DNA of 37,535 nucleotides from a virus (Duplodnaviria; Heunggongvirae; Uroviricota; Caudoviricetes): IMG/VR virus record IMGVR_UViG_2681813154_000004; one strand, 5' to 3'. Shown piece by piece: positions 37,058 to 37,535 of this stretch (position 1 is its first letter; each line of letters starts with the position of its first letter). The notes under the pieces were generated by a model. It saw only the letters and a program-made list of their open reading frames with translations, ran no database searches and was not told where the DNA came from. The position numbers and the translations under genes were made by a program.

Positions 37058-37103
37058 ATTCGTAATGCGAAGGTCGTAGGTTCGACTCCTATTATCGGCA
37101 CCA
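37058..37103 (+). other. att core: 3'-terminal 46 nt of tRNA-Thr(CGU) (thrW-type), not a complete tRNA gene
   Basis: ATTCGTAATGCGAAGGTCGTAGGTTCGACTCCTATTATCGGCACCA matches anticodon loop through CCA; no matching 5' acceptor/D-arm upstream. Confidence 0.7.
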
Positions 37104-37117
37104 TTTAAATCAATAAG

Positions 37118-37535
37118 TTACCTCGCATTTAAGTAAACTACGTTCTCCTCTTGTGCCGTATTTGTGCCATTGCGACTTATAATCGCATCGATTTTGCTCG
37201 CGTGCTCGGTAAGATGCCCGGCTGAAAGGTGGGCGTATCTTTGAACCATTTCGAGAGTTTCCCATCCTCCCATCTCTTTAAGCGCAAGAAGAGAGACACC
37301 GGACTGAACCAGCCAGCTTGCCCAGGTATGCCTCAGGTCATGGAAGCGGAAGTTGCTAATGCCTGCCCGCTTTAACGCTCCCTTCCATGCCTTGTTGCTG
37401 TCGGTTCTCATCTTCCTTACCGCTGCTGTTTTTGTTCCGTCGCTTCGGTAGGCAGGTTTGGTGTGGACAAACACCCTGAGGTGTACTGGCAATAGCGGAC
37501 ACTACCATTTGTTCTTTTTTTAAGCAGCCATCTGA
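37118..37535 (-). CDS. int: Tyrosine integrase, C-terminal catalytic part (5' end beyond window)
   Basis: [15 protein letters not shown]...RYAHL catalytic R-H-R-Y region; the ORF runs off the window edge. Confidence 0.9.

Larger units (their letters stand above)
1..37535. mobile_element. Temperate phage genome segment (lambdoid regulation, HK97-like head, Mu-like contractile tail, gtrABC, att core plus integrase); SfV-like architecture
   Basis: Continuous phage gene order across the window; phage DNA on both sides of the att core. Confidence 0.9.

Noticed and set aside
37000-37103. A complete tRNA-Thr gene.
   Set aside because: Only the 3' 46 nt (anticodon loop to CCA) match; the upstream sequence cannot form the acceptor stem or D-arm, so this is an att-site fragment.
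1-37535. CRISPR arrays, rRNA genes, insertion sequences or transposases.
   Set aside because: No regular repeat-spacer pattern, no rRNA-like sequence and no transposase-like ORF or terminal inverted repeats were seen.

Overview
The window is essentially one temperate phage genome segment of enterobacterial (E. coli / Shigella) type; no database search was run, so all family assignments are from reading the translated ORFs and from memory of those families. Left to right: (i) a leftward early operon with YfdS-like (partial), YfdR (HD-domain 5'-deoxynucleotidase), YfdQ and YfdP homologues; (ii) a structured non-coding stretch and an AT-rich accessory slot with a convergent, overlapping gene pair of unknown function; (iii) a lambdoid immunity region (cI repressor of the LexA/S24 type, palindromic operators, Cro-like, CII-like); (iv) a rightward early operon (replication initiator with internal iterons, PerC-like regulator, N6-adenine methyltransferase, LexA-DBD protein, RusA, KilA-N, DUF968-like, antiterminator Q); (v) a low-GC cargo island between Q and the lysis genes (Blc-like lipocalin, YbgA-like protein, AppY-like AraC regulator); (vi) a phage-21-type lysis cassette (pinholin, SAR endolysin, Rz with embedded Rz1); (vii) HNH endonuclease plus HK97-type packaging and head genes; (viii) a Mu-like contractile tail module with a programmed -1 frameshift chaperone; (ix) a gtrABC O-antigen glucosylation cassette; (x) a 46-bp tRNA-Thr(CGU) 3' fragment (att core) and the 3' end of a tyrosine integrase. 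The overall architecture (HK97-like head, Mu-like tail, gtr cassette next to att/int) matches the serotype-converting SfV-like phages, so the architecture itself is not novel. The candidates for undescribed function are the convergent gene pair at 2546-3158, the structured region at 2078-2460, the Q-to-lysis cargo island and the small morons between Rz and HNH. There is a 134-nt run of N (22638-22771) inside a tail-component gene. No CRISPR array, rRNA or complete tRNA gene was seen. Hand-derived coordinates of small motifs may be off by a base or two.
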